A stretch of 64,000 nucleotides of DNA, taken from the NCBI GenBank assembly GCA_951406725.2, contig OX597821.1, positions 101,246,001 to 101,310,000 on the forward strand. Direction: 5' to 3'. The stretch comes from Octopus vulgaris (Eukaryota). A model generated the notes under the pieces. The model was not told the origin of the DNA, did not search any database, and saw nothing but the letters and a program-made list of their open reading frames with translations. Position numbers and translations under genes: made by a program. Position 1 is the first letter of the stretch. Each line of letters starts with the position of its first letter. Positions 11,643 to 24,755 of the stretch are shown piece by piece.

Positions 11643-11771
11643 TAGAAGGTTGATTGTTATGGCTGGTCAAAGAGTGACCATTTGTTTTGTGCCTATAAAT
11701 TACTTAGCTGTGTTGGTGAGTTGTAACACTCAAATAGCCCAAGGCCACCAGCCATAACAATCAACCTTCTA
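11643..11771. mobile_element. 129-bp MITE-like or foldback element with perfect 25-bp terminal inverted repeats
   Basis: TAGAAGGTTGATTGTTATGGCTGGT (11643-11667) and ACCAGCCATAACAATCAACCTTCTA (11747-11771). Confidence 0.8.
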
Positions 11772-11849
11772 AAACAAAATTATATTATTGCTCTAATGTT
11801 TTAGAGTGTGCTTCTTTTTCAGATATATGAACTACTGATGATTTATTTA

Positions 11850-11882
<33 letters not shown>

Positions 11883-11969
11883 GTAGCCTGCAGAACTTTA
11901 ATTCACATGGAGCTAAATCAAACAATTTAAAATAATAATATAATAATAATGTGTGTGTGTATGTGTGTA

Positions 11970-12300
11970 TCATCATCATCATTTAGTGTCTGTTGTCCAT
12001 GCTAGCATGGGTTGGATAGTTTGACCAAGGTTGACAAGCTGGAAGACTGCACCAGACTCCAGTCTGATTTGGCATGATTTCTATGGTTGGATGCCCTTCT
12101 TAACACCAACCACTCCAAGAGTGTAATGGGTGCTTTTATGTGCCATTTGCATGACACCGGTATCTGCCACAACTGCAATTTTGCTTGGCTTGATGGGTCT
12201 TCTTCTCTAGCACGACATAATGCCAAAGGTCTTGGTCACTGCCTCCATGAGACCCAACACTTAAAAGGAGCTTTTCACATGCCACCGGCATCAACCACTT
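11970..12300 (-). mobile_element. RTE LINE 3' UTR / RTE-tail element
   Basis: (CAT)n tail, CCATGCTAGCATGGGTTGG, GGATGCCCTTCTTAACACCAACCAC; homologous to 49390-49870 and 52862-53157. Confidence 0.9.
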
Positions 12301-12306
12301 TTCCTC

Positions 12307-12340
<34 letters not shown>

Positions 12341-12480
12341 GTTAAAGTGACGTTAAGAATGACATTACATTTACTAATGGGACAATTCTATACCAAGAGT
12401 GAGGGCTGATTGGCAAAACTTGAAGTCCCACTCAACTTGCTCTTCACAACATATATATATATATATACACACACACACAA

Positions 12481-12685
12481 ACAAGGTGGGTGCTGGAAAG
12501 TTCTTGGCTTTAAGGGGATCATGAAAGGCTCTACCTACAAAGTTTTTACAGGGCTGAGAAAAATGAACAACTGCTGCAATAAGTGTGTGAATCTGAGGGG
12601 GGAATATGTTGAATAAAATCATAATTAATCAATCTTTTGGTATCTTCTTTTACCCAAACTCAGGAACTTTTCAGTCACCCCTGTA
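12481..12685 (+). mobile_element. Internally deleted mariner derivative (MITE)
   Basis: Degenerate TIRs (ACAAGGTGGGTGCTGGAAAGTTCTTGG / CAGGAACTTTTCAGTCACCCCTGTA); interior encodes the mariner C-terminus ...NKCVNLRGEYVE*. Confidence 0.8.
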
Positions 12686-13194
12686 TATGTAATCTCTTCT
12701 TTTTTTATGACGTATCTCAAATGTGAATGTAGATATAAACAATAGCTCATAACAAGTAAAAAAAAAAATCCCTGGAAGGAAATAAGGTAGACAGCCCCTT
12801 TTTTTCTGTCAAAGAGTTTTTTTTTTTTACTAAATATATATCTACATTCATATTTAAGATACTTCATAAAATAGACTTATATTCATATTTCTTGATACTT
12901 CTAAATAGTTTTGTGTGTGTGTGTTTCTATGAAAATAAAAGAGAACAAAGCGTTTTTGATGGTATTAAATTTGATGGGAATATATATATGCAATTTTTAA
13001 CATATCTGTTATAAATACAGTTAGAAATGGGCATAAACATTTTCTGATCAGTTACTTTTGTCATTAGAACTATTTTAAATCGAGGTGGTCTTTTAATTGT
13101 TTGATGTGCTTAAACTCATAAATATGTTGGAAACTAAATCATAAACTTTTAAATGTTATAGCTTTTCTGCTTCACCTTAGCACCAGCACAAGAG

Positions 13195-13575
13195 CTGTTG
13201 CATGTGCGTTTTTTTGTAACAGCACTTGAAAGGGTATCATGCCCTAGGCAATAGTAAAAGATCCTCTCTACATATGTTGTTTCTATTTGTTTTCCAGCTA
13301 CTTTACTGAATGACTGGGCCCTTTTTTATTGTGACACCAGCACTAGAGAGGCTGCCTTATCCTTGGCAAGGCTAAAGTCCTCTTCATTCTATATTATCTT
13401 CTTTTGTTTGCCCACCACTTTGCAGAGTATGCTGGGTGCATTTTATCATGACACCAACACTTAAGAGGTTATCTTGCCTCTGAAAAGACAAAAGAGTACT
13501 ACTATCTACACTCATTGCTTCCAATCATTTGCTCATCAGTGTTAGAGAGTTGTCTTGACCCCAGCAGATACAAGA
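13195..13575. repeat. Degenerate ~120-bp tandem array (3-4 units) related to the RTE-tail repeat
   Basis: Recurring CTGGG..TTTTAT..TGACACCA(G/A)CACT..GAGG.T..CTT at ~13200, 13314 and 13432. Confidence 0.65.
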
Positions 13576-14884
13576 GAGAGAGAGTGATGAGAAAGGTCTT
13601 GAGTGAGAGATTGATAGATTGGAGCATAACAGAAGAGAGCCACAGTGATGGAAGTGAAAGGCTAAAGAAGAGAGTGTGATAGACATCTATATGATGAGTG
13701 TTGGGAAGGATATTTGGGAGGAACAGTGATGTGATGGGAAAAGAGATAACGATAACAGTTCTGATGGGAAAATAGTGGAGGAAGAGAGAGTGATGGATGT
13801 CAGGTGTGAGTGAGAAAGGGAGTTATGTGTGAGAGAGTAATAGATAGCAATGAAGTTGGGTGATGGTAAAGGAATAGGAATAATGATGGATGTTAATAAT
13901 GTGTATGGGGAGGGAGTGATCACTAAAACATCAAAGAAGAGAGAATAGAATATGGCCAAATCCAATGTGATGTCATCCCTCATAACACAGGTGCTATGAT
14001 GTTAGAGATATAGTGATAGTAGGGAAGTGAAGTGCATTGATGAGATAGTGTGTAATGAAGGGAAGCATATTAAAACTTGATATGGAGATGAAAGCTGGAG
14101 AGCCCTAAATAACAATTTAACATTTGTTTTTCTATGGTTGCATGGGTTGGATGGGTCCTCTCCAGCACAGTGTTTCACTACAAGTCTTGGTCCTTTGTTA
14201 TTTCCATTATGAAGAACAAAATTATCCAAGCCACATGGGAAGGACATTTCAAGAATCTATTCTTGAAAAATCTTTGTTTTAAGTAGCTTTAGAAGCTGTG
14301 CTTGAAACATCTGAGGAGTTCATAACCTTGAAATATGAAACACTTTTTAAAATAGGAATATCTAATTTAACATGGCACTGGCAAAAAGCAATCAAATATA
14401 ATAGATCATATTTTCATTAGATAAAATTAATTCCATTCATAAGATATTTACTTTTCTCTTTTATAAACACATTTATTGTAGTTTATGAAAATGACATATG
14501 AGGTAGACCTATTAAAAGTGTATAAAAATTTTTGTGATTATTTTGTGCCAAAATGTAATAATGCTTAATACGAACTTTAACTCATTATATAGTAATTTTA
14601 GTAATTTTTTTTACTATAAGGATCTATGAGACTATTACCTCACTCTAATTTTCATAATGACAAGATTCATATTTTCTTTCACTTGGTTGCTTGTTTTAGT
14701 CCTTTTTAGTTCAGCCATTTGCACTATCCCAATACACATTTGATGATGTCTAACGTATTTATGCACGTGATTGTGGTAATTAGGGCCTCAGGTTTTGGAA
14801 TTTCAAATGCCAAATATTTACAAATGCACACACACACTTTAAATGTGGACACATATATCACACACACATTTATGTATATGTATA

Positions 14885-15225
14885 TATCTTTTTATCCTTG
14901 TTTTAGCCATTGGACTGCAACCTTGCTGGGTTTGGTTGGACAAATTGACACCAGTATTTCTTTTAAAGTTTGGTACTTATTCTATTGATCTCTTTTGACA
15001 AATTGCTAAGTGACAGGATGTAAACAAACCAACACCAATTGCCAAGCAGTGAGCTAGGCCAAAGACACACATATACACATACACACATACATGATAGGCT
15101 CCTACACAGTTTCTGTCTACCAAATTCACTCACAAGGTATTGATCAGCTTGAGGCTATAGTAGAAGACACTTGCCCAAGGTGCCATGCACTGGTACTGAA
15201 CTTGAAACCATGTGGTTGCAAAGTG
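14885..15225 (-). mobile_element. SINE family A, full length
   Basis: GTAGAAGACACTTGCCCAAGGTGCC etc. Confidence 0.9.
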
Positions 15226-16404
15226 AATGTACATAATATGTACAAAAGAAAACATGCTAATGCATACATCCCTAAATTTTCTATGTTATTGATGCATGAT
15301 ATATGAATCATTACAAAGAAAAGTCTCCACTCAGAAAGTAAAAATAATTATTAAAAATCATTATACTGGTAATTAAAATGTTGATAACAATATTTCTTGA
15401 TTAGGGTAGGAAAGCTTAGAGTTGCACAACAAGGGATATGAAAATATGTGATGTGTCTCTTTAATGAACATAAGCAAAAATATACTGTGCTGTTTTCAAT
15501 AGACATTTAAACTGGATCACAAAGTCAGTTTGTTAAAAACTTCATAATATTCCTCACAATAATTTTCAAATAATGAAATACAGAGAAAACATTTTCTTTA
15601 AAATCATTAACACTTAACACTGTAGTGATCTTTTATAAATTCTGTATGCTTCACACCTGTTCATGTATTCATGCATTGTATGTACATGCATTGTGCACTC
15701 ATGCATAAAAAAATGTACAAATATTCTTCTCTGGCTCATTTATATTATTACATCATTATTCAACATATATTAGAACTACAGCATATTCTTCTGAAGCTGT
15801 TCCTATTTATTCATCTTTCTCTCTGCTTCCCCTCTTTCTTTTATCTACCTCTTTCTTCTCATCTCTCTCTCTGTTTCTTTCACCTCTTTCTGCCACTCTC
15901 TTAGATTCAATCTACACATACATAACAGAATGAAGGTGGTAAATAACTGATATTTTCTATCAATATTCCATTTTGTTCTTTCTTATTTTTGATAATTTGC
16001 TTTTGTATTAAAAGTGAGGAATTCCACTTTTCACAGGAAGAATTTATATTACGTGCAGAAAGTAAAAGCCGGAGGCATTATTTTTTTTTCAGTTGGATCA
16101 TTTTGGTTCTAGATTATTCTCACTTGACAATTGAATTTGAGTTTAAATTTCAAACTGAATTTGAATCCACTTTATTTTCCAAAGTTCTTATAGGACTTTA
16201 GATTTTATTTACTAATTGTATGAGTAATCTCAGTTAATTGAATTTTTAAAACTTCCTATATTACATATATGAGGCCATACCACATGTGTATTTAGTATGG
16301 AGAATGTTTCCTGAGGTGTTTTTACCTTAGCCAGGCTTATTTGCTGTTATCTCAAAGTCCACAGCTTAATTTTTATGAAGCAAAAGCAAAAGATGTTATA
16401 GTCG

Positions 16405-16590
16405 TTATTTTCATCATCACTTAACTCTGTGTTCCATACTAGCATGGGTTGGATGGTTTGGCAGGATCCAAGAACCATAGGACTGCATTGCACTCTAGCA
16501 TCTGTTTCAGCATGATTTCTATGGCTGGATGCCCTTCCTAACACAAAGCACTTTAAGGAGTGTGCTGGGTGCTCTTTCTGACAGTAGTAA
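16405..16590 (-). mobile_element. RTE-tail element fragment
   Basis: CCATACTAGCATGGGTTGGATGG...GGCTGGATGCCCTTCCTAAC. Confidence 0.85.
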
Positions 16591-17334
16591 TAGTTTTTAG
16601 GGGTTTTCTTGTAGGGTTAAGTTTTGAGCATTTGCAGTGTCTTCAAATAATTCAGCCAGCTCACCACCTTCATAATAATAATCATTATATAAGTGTCTGT
16701 GTGTGTATCAATATATATTTATTTATATATATGAGAGAGAGATCAAATTAGATTTAAGATAAGGAAGAGACAGAAACCAAAGGGGAAAGAATAATTTCAA
16801 AGTGATAAAAGATCCACAAGTTCAAAATTCAAAAGCTAAAAATCAGGAGGCCCTCAGGCCCAAGTTTAACACCCAAAAAAGCTAAAAAAAAAATGTGCTC
16901 TCATTTTATGCACAAAGTACAGCTGACCGATATATAAAAGAATTGCTTTGTGCATCAGTTTAATCTACAATATATAAAGTTGACTGTAACTAAGAAAAGA
17001 AACAAGAAAATAAAAAAATGGAGGTAAAAGAACCAAGAGGAAAATAGCCTGAGGCTTATAAAATCTCACCAGTTACTTATTTTCAACAGATGCAATAGAA
17101 TTGTCTCAGGGACCAGGTTCCAAAAGTGCATCTAATCTTCATAATACTTCATAAGTATAATATTATAAAGAAATATATGGAAAGTGAATATAACTGTTTT
17201 TCTGTTTTCAATTACTAAAGTTACTGTTTCATGGCATCATTGTAACAATTTCAAAGGACAGTCTCTGATCAAGTTTCTTACCAACTTTATCATCAAAAAG
17301 GCAGAATATGGCTCTGTCTATCCATTTATCCATT

Positions 17335-17715
17335 CGGATAAACTTGCCTGGACCAAGGCAACTTTTTCACACCAGATGTCCCAATCTCCCACAGCAGTCT
17401 TAATATCCTCACCCTTATATCTAGTGACTTCCACAAGTTGATCAATATCTGTTTTTCTTGGTCTTCTGCTACCTGTATATCCATGCATGGGTTTCCGAAG
17501 TAGGAGATAGCTGCATATTTCAACTTTGCTTCTCCAGTAGTTTCTTGCTTAACAAGTTCTTCTTTCTCTGATTACAAAGGTGATGGTAGAAAGACTGTCA
17601 CACAGTAACTGCTTTATAGGGTATTGTTGACATGAAAGATGATAACTGCATGAAGTATTCTTGTATATGTACCATCAAACTTCTTTTCAAGTCTCTTGTT
17701 CAGTTTGGTCCTAAG
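17335..17715 (-). mobile_element. RTE-clade LINE ORF 3' fragment (second lineage)
   Basis: Minus strand gives LEKKFDGTYTRILHAV...RERRTC..NYWRSK...KPMHG..GSRRPRKTDIDQL, typical of RTE C-termini. Confidence 0.8.
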
Positions 17716-18384
17716 AGGACCAAATTAATATTTAAAAAGTTCATATTTTGTGAAGTAAACATTTCCCATGTTAAATTCAAATTTTTTAAAAAATCTAAAA
17801 ATTAAAAATTAATTTTCCTGCAGGCAATTTTTCAAGTTATTACAGTAATCATCATTTTAAAATATCAAAACGAATTTGAGAAAGTCAAAAGACAGAGAAC
17901 TTTTGGGGAAAGACTTCACAAGAAAGACATTTAGTCATAAAAGCTTTCAGACACTGCAATTACAGACAATAACCCAATATTAACCAAATTGGGATGATGT
18001 TAATGGTCTTTAAAGACAGTGCATGAGAGTGGAAAGATAAGAAGACTTGAAAAGGTTCTATTATTTGCACAAAATTACAGATGACTCAAAGAAGATAATT
18101 GATTAATGCAACTGAATTGAAAGGAGATTGATCCTTGAAAGACAGTTTATGAGTTGAGAACAGTAAAGAGCACATAATGTATGAAATTATAGCTGTACAT
18201 AAGGAAAGTTTATATCCAGGTGCTTTGGTTGAGATATAAGCTATGGGGAAAATATTTGCTTGTCATACATTGAAGAGGGGTTTGCTAATACTGAATGTGA
18301 CTTTCCTAGTTTTTAATTTTCTCACACTAGAAACCATTTATATGTCTAGTGCATCAAGATTTTCAAAACTTTCCTTGTGATCCT

Positions 18385-18422
<38 letters not shown>

Positions 18423-18664
18423 AGTTGGCTGCAGGAGATATTTGTTGATGATTACAATACTAATATGAGAACATTAAATACAAAGCAGCAAGAAAAAATA
18501 GAATTGTTAAGAATCAAATTAGACTTCAGTAATTAGCTCAGGTACTTGTCAGCAATTATGAGATAGTTCAATGAGAAATGAAGAACCACTTCATGTCTGA
18601 TGATTTAGGAAAGTCAGGTGAGTTGTTGGTTATGTATGTGTAGGAGAATTGTTTGTGTATATTA

Positions 18665-18870
18665 TTAATCCTTTCATTACCATATTTTTTTAATGAAATA
18701 CACTACCTTTGTTTCAATTAATTTTGAAAATAATAAGAATATAGTATAATTATTTTGTCATTATTGAGCTGATGTTCAGAACATGAATTAGCATGAAATT
18801 TTGATGCAGCATTTTAATTTTGACCATTTTAAAACATGCAGCTTATATTGTAGAATTTCAGAGTGTTCTA
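18665..18870. mobile_element. piggyBac-type MITE remnant (copy 1)
   Basis: Starts TTAA-TCCTTTCATTACC; interior homologous to 24572-24755. Confidence 0.55.
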
Positions 18871-19367
18871 AGATGTACTATCCATGGCCTTGTAATAGAT
18901 GATAAAATCCATTAATTTGACATTAATACATACAGGTTCTTTTATTCTAAAGGCATGAAATATTAAGTTGTCAAACATGTAACACTGATTAACTAAAGAA
19001 TAATGTTGAATAATATTTACACACAGTGTAAAATAATTAAGCCTGAGTCTTGGAATATATTTTCACTATCTGATGAATATATGGCTGCCTCAATCTACGT
19101 TCTAAAGTTAATGTTAACTTTTACATGATTTTTCTAAATCATGAGAATAATACATAACTTTAACATATTGAGATTATCTATCTATAAAGGATGCCTATAA
19201 CCAAGGCTAAACATCATTATGATTTAATGTATCAGTGTATCATTATGATTTAATGTATTTAATAGAAAAATATTTACTCAGCATATTATTGACAATTTAT
19301 TTTATCTAACATTGTTCATCAATAACAAACCCTAATTGTAAACTAAACATTTTGAAATGAGTAATTA

Positions 19368-19530
19368 TGCAGGCATGGCTGTGTGGTTAAGAAGTATGCT
19401 TCACAACTATATGCTTTTGTGTTCAATCCTACTATGCATCATCTTGGGCAAGTGTCTTCTACAATAGCTTTGGTTTGAAAAAAGTCTTTCCTGTGAAATT
19501 TGGTTCAGGGGAAATTGTACAGAAACCTAG
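19368..19530 (+). mobile_element. SINE family A 5' half
   Basis: GGCATGGCTGTGTGGTTAAGAAG...CTTGGGCAAGTGTCTTCTAC. Confidence 0.88.
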
Positions 19531-20399
19531 TGGAGTTACTATCCATGTCCTTGTAACAGATAATCCATTTATTCACCTTTTCTCTCATTTTTATTATAAT
19601 CAACTCTGCTCAAAGCATTTGAGCCAACTCTCTGACTTCAGGAAAATTTCTTTCCCTCCTCTGTCATGAAAAAGAAAAAAAAGAAATTAAATTTACAGTC
19701 CATGATTGGTGCTTTTAAATCTGAAATACTGAATTAATTCATTTTGTTTGCAACTTAGCATTCTACAGTACTTTGCATGTATCTTCCTATTTTTGTACTG
19801 GAACAATGTCTCAAGAAAACTGAGATAAGGAGATTTTGTCCCCAAAAAAGTTACTTCTTCCATTAGTATAATTTAATACATCTACATTCATTTCAGTACA
19901 GCTGTCAAATCATTCTCTATCTAATCTTCATATTCATGAGTTTTTTGTTGTTATTTGTTTTATTTTTCTGCAAGGCGATGATTTCCTTTTGAGAGCATAT
20001 AAATTTTGGTTTACTCTATCATAATCTGATTTAGAACTACAGAACAGTCAAAAATTAATAATATCAATGAGTAATTTGGTTTTGCTACAGAAAGAGATTT
20101 CTCTTTTTATAAAATTAATCCCTTTTAAATACAAAGTCAAATGTTATGAACAAAAAAAAAAACCCTGCTTTATGATGAATTTCCTAGTGGTTCTATTTTT
20201 ATATATGGAATTTATAAAAGGAATTAAATTGAAAATATTGGATTAGTCAGCAATTTGATGTAGGTTCATTAGATTTTTCAAATGTTGCCACTAGATTAGC
20301 TGGTGCCAGTCAAGCTTACAATCAATCCCAAGAAATTAAATTTCCATTGGTTTTTCAAATAGCTGATACTATCCTGACAGAAGTGTTACCAGTTTTCAG

Positions 20400-20625
20400 T
20401 GCAGGGCAGGATTTGAACTTAGAATGCACAGTGCTGGAACAGATACTGCAAGGTATCCAAACTAATGCTGTAACAATTCTGCCAGTCTATTGTCCTTGAC
20501 TGGTAATTTTTTTATCAATCCCTAAAGGATGAAAGCAAAGTTCATCTAATTAGAATTTGAACTCAGAGTATAGAGTTGGAACAAATATAACGCATGCTAA
20601 TGACTCTGCCAGTTCACCACCTTTT
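20400..20625 (-). mobile_element. Two decayed family B SINE heads (tRNA head, Meta-like domain)
   Basis: GATTTGAACTTAGAA and AAAGGATGAAAGCAAAGT...ATTTGAACTCAGA. Confidence 0.75.
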
Positions 20626-21514
20626 GATTAGATTACCAGAAATAAGTATTTTGTTACCAGAAATATTTTGTTATAAGAATAATTCTTCAGTTAGTTTGTG
20701 CATCTCTTTTGTATGTATCTGACAAGCATCATAATTTATAAATGTTACCTTCAACTTAATTAGCTTTTTGGTATGACATCTGGTTTCAGTGTTATCGAAT
20801 GTGCAAGCCTTTGTATAGGCAGCTATTTGAGTCTGATACAGTTCTTGTTTTATATTACACCTTCATCAATTTTCTCATGCACACATCTGGAAAAACAAAA
20901 ATCCTTCTTTTTAAATATTCTAGACAGTTTTAAAGACAATAGTTCACATTTTAGAGATCTCTGACTTGTAAAAATTTGTTACAACCCTTTGCTAACCAAT
21001 GCACATCCTTCCATTACTTGCCCTTAACAAATTCTCTGCAATTCTGAATTTTGATTTTTCTCATAATTTTCAAATTTAAATATTTTTCATGATTCTTTCA
21101 TAAAAAAAAAAGAATATAAAAAGCAGAGTATTTCCTTTTTTTTTCCCTATTTCATAAAGGATATTTAGAAAAATTAGTTCTCAATTTAATATAGTTTTCA
21201 ATATCTCAAGATTATCATTTTCTTGATTTCCATGTTGTAGCATCGCAAACCTTTTAAAACAGTTTGCCTGTATAAGATGTTGCATTCCATTTATTGTACT
21301 TCAGTGAAGTTATATTAACACTAATAAGTTTCTTTATCAATATAGAACTTACTTGAATAAGGAGTCTATAAGTTGCTAATTATCGAAAATTTGTACTTTG
21401 TGCATATCGAACTCTGAATAGTAATTTAATTTCCTTACACTTAACACCTGGGTTATTGAAGTAAGATTATGTCGACAGAGAATCAAATAAAATGGCTAAT
21501 TTTGTGTCTTGTGC

Positions 21515-21556
<42 letters not shown>

Positions 21557-21797
21557 GTGTGTGTGATTGTGTATAGAAGAATATATTAATAAAAAGAATT
21601 CCAACCTTGTCTGATTTTCACGTTTTATTTACAATCTTATAATGATATATTATAAGATAATATATTATAATTGAATAAAATAAAATGAAATAGTAGAATG
21701 TTAAATATTCATTCTGATTGACTAGTACTTTCATGCATTGAATTCTGCAATCTTCGGGTTCATGTAGTAGTGTTGACAGTCATGCTTCACACACACA

Positions 21798-21921
21798 CAC
21801 TCCCTGTTCACTCATGGCTTTTCAGTATCCAATTCTTTCTGCTCAGAACATTGTTGCGCTGGAGTCTCTTCTCTGTTCATATCTTTCCAGCAAGCATCAA
21901 CTTGCAAAAGTTTAAGTGGAA
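21798..21921 (-). repeat. Dispersed repeat, homologous to 24493-24569
   Basis: ~70 bp shared at high identity (GTTGC.CTGGA.TCTC.TCTCTG.TCATATCTTTCC.GCA.GCAT.AACTTGC.AAAGTTTAAGTGGAA); possibly a LINE 3' end. Confidence 0.8.
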
Positions 21922-22714
21922 TATTTTTTAAAGCGTTCTTATGCTGCTGGATTCAACTTTGCCTTTATCTCTCTTAGCTTTATAAAATAAGTACTAACAA
22001 TATACTTTATTGACTTTATACTCTTATATGTGGCAGATATTTTTTTTTTTAATATCAATAATGACAAATCCTTTTCATTCTTTATTTTAAGAAAAGTAAG
22101 CTTGCTATTTAGTTATGAAAATCAGCTTAAAATATATTTAATTGATTTCTAGGAATGTGAAAGATATTGTATCAAAATGATGAAGCATATGTAAACAGTG
22201 TTTATAAGTAAAGTATTTAACAGAATTTTATCAATGATTCATCACATGAAACATTATAGATACGAACAGAAAATTGTTTTTGATAAGATGTTCTTCTGAG
22301 ATGAAGAAATTACAATATGCTTTTTTTTACTTAACTGATACTTATGTGCTTTTTTAGCTAACCAAGTTTAGTTTGATGATTTCAAATTTAAGCTTTAAAT
22401 TATTCTCCAAATATATGTTGCTTGTAACCAAAATGGTTACCTAAGAAGTTAAATTTTTGGCTCTCATGGTAACTTCCAAAATTGTATCCTGAAGACTTAT
22501 GCTGTCTCTTCATGGCAGAAAATACTTCAGCCTCAGTTTAGAAAATCGTTAGAACCATCTATAAAATACTACACTAAAGTAGACTGCATATATAAGATGG
22601 TATTGCTGCTACACACACAAACCTCCTACACTGCACCCACAAGATGGCCATGCACCTCACTGGAAAAGATTCACTCACCAATATGTTATAGCCACTAATT
22701 CACAAATGTGCTCT

Positions 22715-22773
<59 letters not shown>

Positions 22774-22809
22774 GCTGTAAAGACTTCATTTCCTCTGAAC
22801 TAACAAGTT

Positions 22810-23040
22810 GCTTATCTCCTCCCCCTATGCAAAATCTAACCTACCTATCTTTCCTCTAATCGCTCTTACTGTGTCTTACTTCCTAAATCTGATTAATACA
22901 AATGCTTCACCTTCCTCAGAATGCTACCTTCTGGATTTCCTCTCCACTTTTTTTCTACAGTCATCCGCGTATATAGATGCTGATATCAAACATCAATCAC
23001 ATCAATCTGCCTGGCTTAGGAGAGCTAGCAAACATTATGG
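22810..23040 (+). mobile_element. Decayed CR1/L2-like LINE endonuclease fragment
   Basis: YAKSNLPI...LLDFLS...IDADIKHQSHQSAWLR resembles the APE motif GDFNAHH..WL; weak. Confidence 0.4.
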
Positions 23041-23855
23041 GCACTGTCATTTCTAAAATGGTTGACTTTTTTTTTCTCTTTTCTTTTAAGCTGAGGCTAA
23101 AACTGTTTGAAAGTAAAGTCAGGTTAACATTGATATCATTAAGTGTTATGAAGATTACTATCAATGATATCAATATTTATACCTTTGAAATTGCTATCAA
23201 TGGTGTCAATGGCACACAGTGATTAAATAAAAAGCAGTTCTAAATTACTAGTGTAAGGTTAGATCTAGAAGTGAGCACTCACATTTATTAAGTGATTTAG
23301 AGCTTTGAATTCTGAACTTTTGAAATTCTCTCTTAGGTGTGAATAGTGAAGATCAAACAAGGCATTAGTAAATAAAATCTTATCAAATACTTTTCTCCAA
23401 GCGAAATAGTTACATTAGTTATAAATGCTTCTGAATTAACTTATTATTAGATATTAAATCACTATAGTACCAGAATAGGTATAGTTTTAGATTTTCAGAC
23501 AATGAGTTCAAATCCTTATGTAGAAACAAAATGCAATGTTTTTTAAAGCAGGTTGCTATAATGCTTGCTTCCAATTGTCTTGCTAGAACTTCAAAAATTC
23601 TTGAAAATATTCAAACTAATCCATCCGTATTTTATTGAAATTATATTTAATTTTTTTTACTTAATTTTATCTATATAGAAAGTTTTAATTAAAAGCTTTA
23701 TAAATAAATATAACAATAAAATTATTTTTGAAAGTTTATCTTTCCTAATTTATGGATTAATTTGATATTACATACTAATGCTAATGAAATAGTATTTCTC
23801 TTTATTTTTTTTTGGAATATAATCTGAGTATTTTCTGAGTTACTATATATATATA

Positions 23856-24160
23856 GGTGCAGGAGTGGCTGTATGGTAAGTAGCTTGCTTACCAACCATA
23901 TGGTTCCGGGTTCAGTCCCACTGTGGGGCTTGGGCCGACCAAAGCCTTGTAAGTAGATTTGGTAGATGGAAACTGAAAGAAGCCTGTCGTATATATGTAT
24001 ATATTGGTGTGTTTATGTTCTCGTAACTTAGCAGTTCGTCAAAAAAGACTGATAGAATAAGTACTAGGCTTACAAAGAATAAGTCCTGGGGTCGATTTGC
24101 TCTTCTAAAGGCAGTGCTCCAGCATGGCTACAGTCAAATGACTGAAACAAGTAAAAGAGT
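23856..24160 (+). mobile_element. Relatively young SINE family A with internal deletions, inserted in (TA)n
   Basis: A box TGGCTGTATGG, B box GGGTTCAGTCCC, several intact CpGs; CORE-like segment missing. Confidence 0.92.
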
Positions 24161-24571
24161 ATATATATATATATATATATACATACACACACACACACAC
24201 ACATACATACAGACAGTAAGTGCTTGAACAGTTGATATTGTTGCTTGTGTTTATTGATATCATCTTAACTTTTATTCTTGTGCTATGGATAATTTAATGT
24301 TACTAAGAATATTTTAGCCTCCAACAATTGCTAACATTCTATAAAGCTCAAGTGAGGCCCACAATACAGTATCACCCCCACATCAGGGACTGTTGTTACT
24401 GCATACACATTTACTGTCTTTTTTCTCAACCTTTTCTTCCTTTACTCTAATGCTCATTAGAATAGGCTTGCTTTATGTTATCTGCACTCAGGCACTCCCT
24501 GTTGCACTGGAATCTCCTCTCTGCTCATATCTTTCCTGCAGGCATTAACTTGCGAAAGTTTAAGTGGAACA

Positions 24572-24755
24572 TTAACTTTTTTGTTACCATTTGCTTCAAT
24601 TAATTTTGGAAATAATGAACAATTTAGTAAAATAACTTTGTCATTATTAAGTTGATTGTTTGGAATATAAATTAGCATGAAATTTTTGTGGAAGGTTTTT
24701 AATTTATATCATATAACCAGAGGTTGTCTCATGTGGATTGGTATCAAAAGAGTGG
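24572..24755. mobile_element. piggyBac-type MITE remnant (copy 2)
   Basis: TTAA-CTTTTTTGTTACCA...TGGTATCAAAAGAGT degenerate TIRs; homologous to 18665-18870. Confidence 0.55.

Noticed and set aside
13195-13575. Repeat-spacer-like periodicity (also 39290-39545 and 49493-49690) as a CRISPR-like array
   Set aside because: Units are degenerate along their whole length, the context is eukaryotic, and there are no cas genes
15989-16201. ORF EEFHFSQEEFILRAESKSRR... after a T-rich tract
   Set aside because: No convincing donor or homology; composition matches intronic background
22971-23056. Apparent terminal exon SSAYIDADIKHQSHQSAWLRRASKHYGHCHF* with a good acceptor and an RRAS kinase motif
   Set aside because: Surrounding frame resembles a decayed LINE endonuclease, which explains it more simply
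23856-23925. tRNA-like A and B boxes
   Set aside because: SINE head, not a tRNA gene: no cloverleaf, and it continues into the SINE body
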